Source: Candidatus Multivoradales bacterium
Lineage (GTDB): Bacteria; Acidobacteriota; Thermoanaerobaculia; Multivoradales; J023
Assembly (NCBI GenBank): GCA_965248925.1
Contig: CBDFLE010000006.1
Span: forward strand, 2,016,001-2,080,000
Direction: 5' to 3'
DNA: 64,000 nucleotides
Shown: positions 53,524 through 63,551 of the stretch, piece after piece
How the letters are laid out: the number at the start of each line of letters is the position of its first letter
Position numbering within the stretch: the first letter of the stretch is position 1
Program-made: the position numbers and the translations under genes
The notes under the pieces: model-generated
What the model saw: the letters and a program-made list of their open reading frames with translations, nothing else
Told to the model about the DNA's origin: nothing
Database searches by the model: none

Positions 53524-54711
53524 TCAGGCGGCTCCTCTTAGAGCAAAACGGGCGTGCTCTTCATAGGGGATATCGAGCATCACCTCGAACCCCCCGGTGC
53601 GCCGGTTACGAAACTCAAAACGGTGGTCCTCACCATAGAGCTGCTCTAGTCGGGCCCGAGTATTGGCCAAACCCACTCCCTCTCGCACCTCCACTCCAAC
53701 CAACCCAGGACCGTCGTCAGCCACCTGTAAGTCCAAACGATCGCCCCGCCGCCGAGCACGCACCGCAACTTGGCCGGCGGCCGAACTCACCGCGATGCCG
53801 TGGCGAATCGAATTCTCCACCAAGGGCTGCAGCACAAGCTTCGGCACCTGGGCACCCAAACAGTCGCGGGGAATGTCGAGTTCAACTCGCAAGCGATCGT
53901 GGAAGCGTATTTCTTCGATCGCCAGGTAGCGGGAGAGGAATTTCAGCTCTTGCCGCAAGGGTATCTGATGGCGATCGTCCTTCTCTAGCGACAACCGCAG
54001 CAAGTCCGAGAGTTGGGTGATCATGCGATCAGCGGCCTCGACATCGCGATGCATCAAGGCCGAGATGGAGTTTAAGGCGTTGAATAAGAAGTGCGGATGC
54101 AGCTGCATTTTCAGCACCGTTAGCTGTGCCTTCACCAGCTGGGTTTCCAGACGCGAGGAGCGGCGCTGGTATTGGACATAGAACAGCAAGGCGTGGGTAG
54201 CCGCCAACAAGGCACAGTAGGCCACCAAGTGCAAAGTCTGAGGAGTAGCCAAGAGCTGCTCGGACAAACCCGGCCCAGCCACTGAACTCAACCCATCAAC
54301 AAGCCCCGACCGCCACGAACGCCCTTCGGTCAAAGCGACGGTCACGCCGCTGATTATGCCGCTCTTCAAGTAACCCAAAAGGTTGTAGGCGGCGGTAATC
54401 ACCAACGCCAGGCCGACATGGATGGCGATCCGCGAGCGCCAACGCCGCCGCTCGAGCGGAAAGTGCTCAGCCGCCCACCAGATGATCGGCACGAAGAGAG
54501 CCCACAAATGCCAACCGAGTAGTTGCGAGACAATCATCGGCCAGTCTACCGCGTCGTCCTCGGCTAACATATCGACCAGACCGGGTAAAACCAGCAGCAG
54601 GGTGAGCAGCATCCAGCCGAACACCATCAAGCCCCAACGCCAACGCCGACGCTCGAGCGGCAATCCGCCGTAAGCGGGCGCGCTGTCGAGGACCGCTGGC
54701 TCAGATTTCAT
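53524..54711 (-). CDS. LytS/YehU-family sensor histidine kinase
   Basis: Multiple TM segments; QLHPHFLFNALN H-box; LQPLVENSIRHG; DDGPG; GVGLANTRARL. Confidence 0.93.
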   Translation of the reverse strand: MKSEPAVLDSAPAYGGLPLERRRWRWGLMVFGWMLLTLLLVLPGLVDMLAEDDAVDWPMIVSQLLGWHLWALFVPIIWWAAEHFPLERRRWRSRIAIHVGLALVITAAYNLLGYLKSGIISGVTVALTEGRSWRSGLVDGLSSVAGPGLSEQLLATPQTLHLVAYCALLAATHALLFYVQYQRRSSRLETQLVKAQLTVLKMQLHPHFLFNALNSISALMHRDVEAADRMITQLSDLLRLSLEKDDRHQIPLRQELKFLSRYLAIEEIRFHDRLRVELDIPRDCLGAQVPKLVLQPLVENSIRHGIAVSSAAGQVAVRARRRGDRLDLQVADDGPGLVGVEVREGVGLANTRARLEQLYGEDHRFEFRNRRTGGFEVMLDIPYEEHARFALRGAA

Positions 54712-54736
54712 CGTCAGCTCCCAAGAAATGCTTGGT

Positions 54737-57613
54737 CTAATACAGGCTCAAGCGTAAACCCAGACGTAGAACTCGCGGATGCACGGTCTCCAGAATTGCG
54801 TTGGCTTGTGGACTGTTGAGCCGCGTGTCGCGATTCAACGCCGGGTTGGTATCCAGCAGGTTGAAGGCATCCAGGCTGACCACCGCCCGGCCGAGACGGC
54901 CGATGGCGAATTCCTTGTCGAGACGCAGATCGAAGGTGTAGATATCGTCGAGCCGCAGCTCATCGCTGTTGGCGGTGACCTGCACCAGCCGCACCGACTG
55001 GTCCGGAGAAACCACGGTCAGCGCATAGGCTAGAGGGTGCCCTTGCCGGCCACTTAGGCTCGCGCCAACATCGAAACCCCAGCGACGCTGTGGCGCTATC
55101 CGAAATTGGCCTAGTAGGTTGAACGACCAACGACTGTTGAGAAAAGAGCCGCTGGAGCGACCATCGAGGTTCAAACTCCGCCCGACAACATCGCCCTCGC
55201 TATCAGCCCCGGCAATACCGGAACCGGAAAGCTCAGGGGCCAGGTTGGTGGGGTCGTCATGCAGGCGAAAATCCTGCCCCACCCCCCATCGCCAATCACT
55301 CCAGGTGCCGTGGCCGCGCAACGACCAATTGCCAACCTGCCGACGATTGAAGCCGAGGCTAATTCCCTCATAGCTCTGTGAGCGATCGCCATTAGTCAGC
55401 AACGAACCACCACTGAACGAGCGCCCAGCGCGCAACTGGAAGATCGGCACCGAGAACTTGGCGCCATTAGGTAACTCACCGGTTATCCGCCGCTCTAACT
55501 CGTAGTCACTAGCCAACGTTTGCCGTAGTCGACCGTTCTGATCCACGATTAGACGGCGCTCTTCGAGCAAATTCGAATTCGCACGGCGCTCGTACTCCAA
55601 GGTCCACACCACGTTGGAACCTACCCGGCGCTCAAGGGCGAGGCGAGTCTCGACCCGGCGCTCGCCTCTCAGACCACGGTCGGTTGAATTGGCCTCTCCT
55701 CCCGGCGCTCCCGAGAAAAAACTGACGTTGCTGATTTCGAGCACGAATCGCTCGTCACCCAAGTCGAATCCCGGAGAACCCTGATCGATGAATCCGAGCA
55801 ACACTTCGGCGCCAGCACCCGGACTCTGGCGGCTGATCAGGTCCGCATGCAGGCCGGAGCCGTAGGCCGCCGCCGCCGCCCGCAATACGGTGCGGTTTTG
55901 CTTGCCAATGCCCCAGGTCAAGCCCATTCTTGGGGAGATGTTCTGCCATTCGATATCAGCCGCGGAACCGCCGTAGCTCACTTCCGGGAGCAGCTCGGGA
56001 AAGAACTCATTGGCCTCAATTTGCAGCGCTCGATTGCGACCGCGCTGGGCCTCACGGCGGAATCCGAGGTCGATCTTCAAATCACCTAGACTTACCGAGT
56101 CTTGCAGCCAAATTGCGAACTCTTGACGCTCGACATCGGTGTTCTCAGGCCGCAGCACGCGCAGCGCCTCGAAATCCACTCCGAGATTCTCGCCAGCGAC
56201 CTGCACCAGGTTGTCCGACCCCCAGCGTTCCCGCGCACGATCCCGCAGGCGGCGATCACTGACGCCAAAGCGCAAGGCATGCTCGCTGCGACCAGGCTGC
56301 CGATGCAGCTGGCCCTCAAGCCGCCACTGCTCTGTCTGCTGTTGAGTATCGAAGTTGGCATAGCTGCCCGACCAAATACCGTCCGCGCCGAGTTCGATTC
56401 TCTCTCCAACCTCACCCAGGGGCGACAACATGGCATGTCGATCCCAGTTTGCAGCGCGAAAACTCCACAGGTTGGTAGCACCGATCTGCTGGCTAAGATC
56501 AAAGCGCAGCAACTCGCTTGGCTGTTCTTCCAACAAGGTGGTTTCGAGCTGCCGATCCGGCGCCGCGCCGAGACCCTGGGTCAGGGTGTCACTGCGGTAA
56601 CGAGCCACACTGACTTGCCAAGAGGAGGTTGGTTTGGCTTCCAGCTTAGCTGCTGAATGGCGCAGTTCGGCATCCTCTTCCAAACCCCCAACAGCTTGTT
56701 GAGTCAGGCGTTCATAGCCGTAGAAGGCGTAGCCCCACAAGCGCTCGCCCCACAGGCTGCCGCCAAGATTCACGTCGAAGCCTAGAGAATCAAGCCGCCG
56801 GCTCGGTAGCAGCAAGCGCTCAGCACCGTCGACCTTGGGTCCGGCCTGCCACGAACGGTCGGCAAGTTCGGCGCCCACGCTACCCTGCCAACCTACCCCA
56901 GCGCCGCGGGTCACCAGATCCACGACCAGCCCGCTGCCGGGCAACGAAGCATCACGCGCCGGAGTCGCAACTCGCACTTCCCTAACCGCTTGCCCACCGG
57001 GCCTGGGCTGCGCCGCCGAAGCAACCGCTATGCCGTCAAGGGTCAAGACGTCGTCGGCAAGGGCGGTGCCGGCTCGGTAGGGGGCTCGCGATGAAGTCTG
57101 AGCGCCGGTCGGCTCGACCACCACTCCAGAGGCGCTCTTCGCCGCCGACCAAGGATCGTGGTCTACCGACACGGTCCCCAGTTCGCGAGGGTCGATCGTC
57201 GTCCATGGTTCACCGACAGCTACCTGCGGTGGCTCGGTAGCAACGACGATGACTTCGTCCAGCGACGGGCTCATCTTGACCAGCAGGCGGGTGATATCAC
57301 CGGGCTGAATCCGCACCGGCTGATGCACCACCTTCGCAAATCCTTGGTGCTCAACTTCCAAGACATAGCGGCCTCGGGGCAAGCGGCGAAAGTGAAAGCT
57401 GCCGTCCTCGTCAGTCCTCACGGTCTTTCTCAGACCCTCACCAGTGAGAACAATCTCGGTCTCCATCAAACAGCTGCCCTCGCCGTCGGTGACCTTGCCC
57501 ACCAGTTGGCCGACTTCGATCTGAGCTAGCAACGGCCAGCAGAGCAGACCGAGCGCTGCCCCTAGAAAAACTCTCCTCAGCGGCGGAATCTTTACGCTAA
57601 AAGTCCGTGCCAT
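54737..57613 (-). CDS. TonB-dependent receptor (Oar-like) with N-terminal CarboxypepD_reg domain
   Basis: GGAGG RBS; signal peptide; G.L.G.VTD..G...TD.DG.F.F..L..G.Y; DEVIVV TonB-box-like segment; SPRMGLTW; DLRLDK.F; LDAFNLLD; PRVLRLGLRLSLY barrel terminus. Confidence 0.88.
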   Translation of the reverse strand: MARTFSVKIPPLRRVFLGAALGLLCWPLLAQIEVGQLVGKVTDGEGSCLMETEIVLTGEGLRKTVRTDEDGSFHFRRLPRGRYVLEVEHQGFAKVVHQPVRIQPGDITRLLVKMSPSLDEVIVVATEPPQVAVGEPWTTIDPRELGTVSVDHDPWSAAKSASGVVVEPTGAQTSSRAPYRAGTALADDVLTLDGIAVASAAQPRPGGQAVREVRVATPARDASLPGSGLVVDLVTRGAGVGWQGSVGAELADRSWQAGPKVDGAERLLLPSRRLDSLGFDVNLGGSLWGERLWGYAFYGYERLTQQAVGGLEEDAELRHSAAKLEAKPTSSWQVSVARYRSDTLTQGLGAAPDRQLETTLLEEQPSELLRFDLSQQIGATNLWSFRAANWDRHAMLSPLGEVGERIELGADGIWSGSYANFDTQQQTEQWRLEGQLHRQPGRSEHALRFGVSDRRLRDRARERWGSDNLVQVAGENLGVDFEALRVLRPENTDVERQEFAIWLQDSVSLGDLKIDLGFRREAQRGRNRALQIEANEFFPELLPEVSYGGSAADIEWQNISPRMGLTWGIGKQNRTVLRAAAAAYGSGLHADLISRQSPGAGAEVLLGFIDQGSPGFDLGDERFVLEISNVSFFSGAPGGEANSTDRGLRGERRVETRLALERRVGSNVVWTLEYERRANSNLLEERRLIVDQNGRLRQTLASDYELERRITGELPNGAKFSVPIFQLRAGRSFSGGSLLTNGDRSQSYEGISLGFNRRQVGNWSLRGHGTWSDWRWGVGQDFRLHDDPTNLAPELSGSGIAGADSEGDVVGRSLNLDGRSSGSFLNSRWSFNLLGQFRIAPQRRWGFDVGASLSGRQGHPLAYALTVVSPDQSVRLVQVTANSDELRLDDIYTFDLRLDKEFAIGRLGRAVVSLDAFNLLDTNPALNRDTRLNSPQANAILETVHPRVLRLGLRLSLY

Positions 57614-57868
57614 GTTCGCACCTCCACTTGGGCGGGCTGCAATCCCATGCCTCGCCTCCACACAGAGCGGTGGACACTGCGGACAGTTGCAGCACTTGCG
57701 GGATCAATTGCTGGGTCGTGTGCTTCATGGGAAACCCCACGAGAGAGTGTAGCGCAGCAAATTGACCAAGCTGCTCGCGGCAGGGGGTCTGGTGGACCCT
57801 GGAGGGGCGCTCACCCCCGCAGGCCGCGGCCTGTCCCTCAGAAGCCGCGACTCAGCCCAACGGATTGG

Positions 57869-58114
57869 CTACTCGCCGCCCTCACCCAGTTGCTGGACTA
57901 TTTGACTGACCTCGACCTCTGCCTTGCGGATTTTGCCGCGGCATATTTCGAGCAACTCCGCCGCTCGGCGAAGTTCGCCAGCCAGCCGGTCGATATCGGT
58001 CTCGTCCTGGTCGATTCGCTCGAGGATCGCCTCGAGTTCTTCCATCGCGGCACTGAAGCTTGGCGCCTTGGCCTGGAGTTCGAGCTGGGGGGTCGGATTC
58101 TCGGATGAGGTCAT
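57869..58114 (-). CDS. xseB: Exodeoxyribonuclease VII small subunit
   Basis: SFSAAMEELE.IL..I....DID.L......A.ELL..C..KI..AE; overlaps the xseA stop. Confidence 0.92.
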   Translation of the reverse strand: MTSSENPTPQLELQAKAPSFSAAMEELEAILERIDQDETDIDRLAGELRRAAELLEICRGKIRKAEVEVSQIVQQLGEGGE

Positions 58115-59625
58115 GGAATCTCCGGCTTGGGTTGGTCAGCCACAGGAGCGGCCTGGGCAGCGCTCGGCACCGAGCCTTCTACCCGACTGTCGAGCCGACC
58201 ACTGGCCAGCTCAGTATGAATGATATCGCCAGGCTGAGCCTCGGACGAGCTGCGCAAGATAACGCCAGAAACACTGCGGGTGACACTGAAACCGCGCCCC
58301 AACAGGCGATGGGGCGCCAGCTCACGACACAACCGTCGATGCCCTTCGATCACTGCCTCAGCCTCCCGCAGGCGGCTGGCGGCCAGCTCGGCCAGGCGGC
58401 GTGCGAGGCGGCTCGGCAGGACCCGGCGACGCTCCAAGGAGCGCGGCACTGCACCCAGAAGACGACCTTGGTGGCGCGCCAATCGAGTCTCGGCGTCGCG
58501 CAGTCGGCGGCGGCTCAGGCGACCCAGCGAACGCCCGGCTTCGATCACTCGCCGCGCCACCGCCTGCAAATACAGGGAAGCAGAGTGGGCTACCCGCTCG
58601 CCACGGGTCAAGGCTTGGCGCGCTCGTCCGAGGCGGTCTTCGGCCAGACGGGCCAGCATGTGGCTGAAGTCACGCACCGCCTGTTCCGCGAGAGCCAGGC
58701 GCTCAATCAAGAACTCCGCTGCTTGGGTGGGAGTCTTGAGCGCCGTGTGGCTGACCAGATCGGCGATCGACTGATCGATCTCGTGCCCCAGGCCAGTGAT
58801 TACCGGCAGCGGACAGCGGGCCACCGCTTCGGCGACCCGTCGACTGTCGAAGAGAGCCAGGTCGCTGCGCGAGCCGCCACCACGGATCAAGACCACACAG
58901 TCGACGGCGGCAGTGGCGGCGGCGGACAGCGCCGACACTAGCTCACCCTCAGCAGCTTGACCCTGCACCGCGGCATGTACGAAATGCACTCGAAAACCAT
59001 AGCCGCTGGCTTGCAAACCGCTGAGAAAGTCGTGATAGGCGGCACTGCCGGCCGAAGTCACCAGGCCGATCCGCAACAGCAGCGGCGGCAGCTCAAGGCC
59101 CCGATTGCGCTCCATCAACCCGGCCGCACCGAGCGCCGCCAAAGTCTGCCGACGACGACGCTCCAACAGGCCGAGGGTGAACAGCGGATCGACTTCGCGC
59201 ACCACCAGCTGCAACCGACCGCCGGGAGGGTAGAAATCCAGCCGGCCGCGGCAGCGAATCTCGATCCCCTCGGTCAGTTGCTGATCGGCCGCCTGCAAGA
59301 CCCGCCGCACCCGCTGATGATCGCTGCGCCAGATCACCGCATCGAGTTTGCCAACGATGGCATCGCCCTGCCCATTCTCGACCAGCTCAAAATAGAGATG
59401 CCCGCGCTGGCTAGCGCGGGCTCGCTGGATCTCACCGCTGATCCAAAAATCGCGGAAGGCCTCACCGAGAAAGGACTTGATCTCGGCGGTGAGCTCTGAA
59501 ACTCGGTAGGTCGGCTCGCCGCCAGCCGGCGCCGTCTGAGGCGCGGATCCGTGCTCAGTGATAGGTGACGAGCTCCTCGGACGAGGCCAGCGGCAACGAC
59601 TCGGCCCATTCCATGGCCTCGGCAT
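58111..59625 (-). CDS. xseA: Exodeoxyribonuclease VII large subunit
   Basis: YRVSELT, W(I)SGEI, GHLYFEL, RIGLVTS..SAA..D, VQG, RGGGS, GLGHEID, TPT.AA, L.RGFS. The start codon is unclear; homology begins about 59510. Confidence 0.93.
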   Translation of the reverse strand: MPRPWNGPSRCRWPRPRSSSPITEHGSAPQTAPAGGEPTYRVSELTAEIKSFLGEAFRDFWISGEIQRARASQRGHLYFELVENGQGDAIVGKLDAVIWRSDHQRVRRVLQAADQQLTEGIEIRCRGRLDFYPPGGRLQLVVREVDPLFTLGLLERRRRQTLAALGAAGLMERNRGLELPPLLLRIGLVTSAGSAAYHDFLSGLQASGYGFRVHFVHAAVQGQAAEGELVSALSAAATAAVDCVVLIRGGGSRSDLALFDSRRVAEAVARCPLPVITGLGHEIDQSIADLVSHTALKTPTQAAEFLIERLALAEQAVRDFSHMLARLAEDRLGRARQALTRGERVAHSASLYLQAVARRVIEAGRSLGRLSRRRLRDAETRLARHQGRLLGAVPRSLERRRVLPSRLARRLAELAASRLREAEAVIEGHRRLCRELAPHRLLGRGFSVTRSVSGVILRSSSEAQPGDIIHTELASGRLDSRVEGSVPSAAQAAPVADQPKPEIP

Positions 59626-60094
59626 CACCATCGTAGCGGCTGGCCACGTAGACCATCGCTTCATCGCGCTCGGAAAACAGCCGCCAGAGGAAAGTGTGGC
59701 CGGCCGGCGCGGTGAAGTACGAGTAGCGCTTGGCGCCGTCGGAAAGATCGAGGCCGTTATCACCGTTAACGCCGATACAGCTCAGGCCGATCGCCTTGTG
59801 GGCCAGCGCTAGCGCCTTGAGGGCATCTTCGAAATCCACCAGCTCTTCCCGCGACAACGCCGAGTGATGGAGAGCGATACGATTGCCATCCTCCTCCGCC
59901 AAACAGTTGTAGGGCACGTCGTTGCGATCCATCGCGTCTTTGGTCTCAGCCGTGGTGACGAAGACGTCATCGGTGCCAACCACCTTGTAGGCAATCGCGT
60001 AGACATCGTCTTTGATCCGGGGGAAAGCCTCGGCCAAAAGGCTCTCGTCCTCGACGGTGAAGTAGTAGAGACGGCTCATCAGTCGTCGTTTCAT
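59555..60094 (-). CDS. Hypothetical acidic cytoplasmic protein
   Basis: 179-aa ORF with genome-typical codon pattern, directly upstream of xseA; no family recognised. Confidence 0.75.
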   Translation of the reverse strand: MKRRLMSRLYYFTVEDESLLAEAFPRIKDDVYAIAYKVVGTDDVFVTTAETKDAMDRNDVPYNCLAEEDGNRIALHHSALSREELVDFEDALKALALAHKAIGLSCIGVNGDNGLDLSDGAKRYSYFTAPAGHTFLWRLFSERDEAMVYVASRYDGDAEAMEWAESLPLASSEELVTYH

Positions 60095-60476
60095 GGTTCG
60101 ATCTTCCTCAAGCTATGATCAACGGTCGATTCCGTACCGACTGTAACGTGTTTGGGTGATTGCGCAATTCCGAGCGGCACAATTCTGAGCCGCACCAGCG
60201 GCCCAGGCAGTGGATATTTCCTGGGAATATTTCGCCGGGGAGGCCTTGCGATCAACACCGCTCGATGGATGGAACGTTTCTGGAGGGCGCCTCGGAGTGG
60301 CAGGAATCTCAAATGAATAGACTCTCAGCCTGCTTCCACAAGAAGATAGTAGCATAGGGAGACTTGGCCCGAGTTCTTGAGCATTGGGTCCAAAGCTAGG
60401 GGATGGAGCGGCGGTGTGATGGCTTTGAGGGGAAGCGCATCGCACTGGCCGGCTACATCCGCGGCGCCTCAATACG

Positions 60477-63400
60477 ATGTTAGTTCAAACCGCTAGCCCC
60501 TCCGTCCCTGCACCCGGCCTACAGCTACCGGTAGCATTGCTGCGCTTTTGGGCCGACGGGCCGCATCGGCATCGCGCCCTGGAGGCAGCCTCGGCCCTCG
60601 GCCAAAGAGCCGAATTTGTCCTGCTGCGCGAAGATCTGCTGGCCGTCCTACCCACTCCGGGCCAACCGGCGGTGTTCGACGCCGCCATTCAACTCGCCCA
60701 GGTGCTCGGCGCCAAATTGCGCCGTGAAGGCCGCAGCTCGGCTTTGGCGGGCCTGTTGGTCCTGCCAGGCAGAGTACGCCAGAACGGCGGCAGTACAGAG
60801 CTGGTCGACGAGTGGCTGATCGACGATCTCGGCCAGCAAGCCCCTGAGCTGCCGGCCCACAATGTGGTGGTCACCGGCTACGCGGCGAGCTGGCTGGCGG
60901 GCCGCTACCAGTTCGACAACATCGGCTCCTACCGCGGCCCCTCCGGCCGTACCCTTCCCTTGCTGCGTTTGATCGGCCACACAGGGAAGCCCTATTGGCA
61001 CAATCAAGAAGTCTTGGGCCGCCGACCGTGGGTTGATCGGCCAGGGGTCGACGGCACATTGCGAGCGGCTGCCAAAGGCGGTTCGGTGCTGCTCCACGGG
61101 CCCCTCGGCTGTGGCAAAAACCGGGCGATCTGGCATTTCCTCGCAGACTGGCCCGGCGACAAGTTGCCATTGATCGCCGGCTGCTCCCTACTCGGTGCCC
61201 ACGGCCTGATGCGGCGCCTGACAGACGAGCTACAACGCATCGCGCCAGAACATGCCCCTCTGGGCACGCTAGAGAAGCTCAAACATCAAGAGATCGCACC
61301 GGATCTAGCTGCCCAGCTGCTGCTCTCTTGGCTGGAGAAAGCCGCCGCCAAGGCTGCCCATCGACCCTGGCTGGTGGTCGACGACGCTCAATCGGCCAGC
61401 CCGGTCGACCTGCGGCTGCTGCGACACTTGGTGGAGCGAGCCGGCCCGCACAGCTTCTATCTGGCGATTCTGACCCGCGACGGCGGCAACCACCTCGCCT
61501 CCCTGCCCTTGCCAAGGGTCGAAGTGCCGCCGATGGATGCCACCGCGTTTGATGAGCTGAGCTACCAGCTGCTCGATGGGTTGTCGCTAAAACCAGCAGT
61601 GGAGGAGCGCTTCCTCAGCGCCAGCGCCGGCTATCCCCTGGCCCTCGAAGAGGGCTTGATAGCATTGGTGCATCGCCGGCTGGTACGGAGGGTCTACGGC
61701 AGCTTCTTCTTCGATGGCGACAACCAAACTCCCTATGAGGCTTCGCAGCGCTTAGTGCGCTTTGTCGAGTCCGAGATCGGTCGCCTCGGCGAGCCCCTGC
61801 CCCTGCGCCTGCTTGCCGCCGCCGACCAGCCTATTCCGCCGGCAGCCCTCGCCCTCACCGCCAACTCATTCACTACCCCGCTGGCAGCAGGCTGGGAGCG
61901 CGCCTTCATCGACAGCGGCTGGTTGCGCTCGACGCCCTCGGCCTGGGGCGCAGGACTCGACTTCAGCTGCCCAGCCTTCCGCCAAGCGGTGAGCCAGACT
62001 TTTTCTGCCGCCGACGCCGACTCGAGCCGCCGCCAGCTCGGTCGGGCGCTGACCGAGAGCAGCAGCGACTCGCCCCAAGCCTGGGCCGCCTACCAGCTGT
62101 TGGCGGGTTCCGCCGACTCTCTGCCACCCCTGCTGCAAGCCGCGCGGCAAGCATCGCCAACCGCCCGCAATGAACTCCTGGACGCCCTGCGCAGCGAGTA
62201 CCTCCTCTTACGTGCGGCGCCGGCGAAGGAGTTCACGCCAAGCCAACGCCTCGACCTGCTGTGGTCGATGTTGCCTCTGGCACACCACTTGGGCCAACTC
62301 GCCGAACTCGGCGACGAACTCAGCGAGGCCGTCGAACTGGCCGCCGAGCAGCCGGAACGCTTTGTCGCCCTGGCCACCTTGAAAGCCGAGCTCGACCAAA
62401 AGCAGGGCCGCTTCCGCGAAGCGGAAGGGGGCTTGCGCCAAGCCCTCGCGGCCTCCAGCGGTAGCGGCGAACGCCGGCGGGCAATGCTTTTCATCCGCCT
62501 TGGCCGACTGCTCAGCAGTCAACAACGCTATGTCGAGGCGCGCGAGATCTTCGAGAGCCTTCGCGGCTTGGTCGACCGTGAAGGGGCGACCACGTTGGGT
62601 GCTACCTGCCATTTCTTCCTCGGCAACATCGCTTTGCACCAACGCCGCCTGGCCGAAGCCGAGCGCCACCACGAGCTGGCCTTGTCGGTACGCCGCCAGC
62701 AGGGCCAGCAACGCCCCCTGGGAGCGTCGCTCTCTGCCTTGGGTTCGGTGGCTCAGGCGGCCGGCAACTATCCCCAAGCCCTCCACCGCTACAGCGAAGC
62801 CGAGACGGTGCTGGTGGCCTATGGTGACGATGTCGAACTCAGCTTCGTTCTGCTCGGCGCGGGTCGGGTACTCGGCCTACTCGGCGATCCTCAGGCCGCC
62901 AGCCAGCCCCTGCGCCAGGCCCTCGAGCATCGCAGCGGCAGAGACGACGTTGCCGGCGAGGCCATCGCCCGTCTGGCATGGGCCAATAACCGGTTGCAGC
63001 TGGGCAAGGTCGACGACGCCCTGAGTGAAACTCGACGGGCCCACTTCGATCTCAGCATGCTGCCGCAAACTTCGGTGATCGGAGATGCCGAGCAGCTACT
63101 GGGTCGTTGCTTGATGCGCCAGAAGCCCTACTTGGAGGCCGAGCAGCACCTGCGCGGAGCCATCAGTGTGCACGGCCAACACGGCAACACCGTCAGCACT
63201 GCCGAAGATCACTCCTGGCTCTTGATCCTGGGCCTGCGCCAGGAGAATCTAGAGGCCATCCGTGAGCACTGCACTGCGCTCGAACGGCTGCTTGACGACT
63301 TACCGAGTTCTTCCGGCGATGACGAGCTGCTGTATTTTCGCCTGTTCCAGGGTTTGACTTTCTTGGCCGAGAGCGATTCGCCGATCGACAGCCGACCGGC

Positions 63401-63551
63401 TGCAGGTTACCTGCAAGACGCCCAGCGCGAGCTGATGCGCAAGACCGCTTTTCTCACCGCTGAGCGCCGCCACAGCTTCCTCTACAACATTCGCGACCAC
63501 CAGCGGCTGCTCGACGCGGTCACCGCTCAGGGCTTGTCGTGGGAAACCTGA
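60477..63551 (+). CDS. STAND-like P-loop ATPase with TPR repeats and degenerate cyclase-like N-terminus
   Basis: Walker A-like HGPLGCGKN, Walker B LVVDDAQ, GYPLALEE (GxP), C-terminal TPR helices (LGNIAL..., LGSVA...GNY..AL..Y). Confidence 0.78.
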   Translation: MLVQTASPSVPAPGLQLPVALLRFWADGPHRHRALEAASALGQRAEFVLLREDLLAVLPTPGQPAVFDAAIQLAQVLGAKLRREGRSSALAGLLVLPGRVRQNGGSTELVDEWLIDDLGQQAPELPAHNVVVTGYAASWLAGRYQFDNIGSYRGPSGRTLPLLRLIGHTGKPYWHNQEVLGRRPWVDRPGVDGTLRAAAKGGSVLLHGPLGCGKNRAIWHFLADWPGDKLPLIAGCSLLGAHGLMRRLTDELQRIAPEHAPLGTLEKLKHQEIAPDLAAQLLLSWLEKAAAKAAHRPWLVVDDAQSASPVDLRLLRHLVERAGPHSFYLAILTRDGGNHLASLPLPRVEVPPMDATAFDELSYQLLDGLSLKPAVEERFLSASAGYPLALEEGLIALVHRRLVRRVYGSFFFDGDNQTPYEASQRLVRFVESEIGRLGEPLPLRLLAAADQPIPPAALALTANSFTTPLAAGWERAFIDSGWLRSTPSAWGAGLDFSCPAFRQAVSQTFSAADADSSRRQLGRALTESSSDSPQAWAAYQLLAGSADSLPPLLQAARQASPTARNELLDALRSEYLLLRAAPAKEFTPSQRLDLLWSMLPLAHHLGQLAELGDELSEAVELAAEQPERFVALATLKAELDQKQGRFREAEGGLRQALAASSGSGERRRAMLFIRLGRLLSSQQRYVEAREIFESLRGLVDREGATTLGATCHFFLGNIALHQRRLAEAERHHELALSVRRQQGQQRPLGASLSALGSVAQAAGNYPQALHRYSEAETVLVAYGDDVELSFVLLGAGRVLGLLGDPQAASQPLRQALEHRSGRDDVAGEAIARLAWANNRLQLGKVDDALSETRRAHFDLSMLPQTSVIGDAEQLLGRCLMRQKPYLEAEQHLRGAISVHGQHGNTVSTAEDHSWLLILGLRQENLEAIREHCTALERLLDDLPSSSGDDELLYFRLFQGLTFLAESDSPIDSRPAAGYLQDAQRELMRKTAFLTAERRHSFLYNIRDHQRLLDAVTAQGLSWET

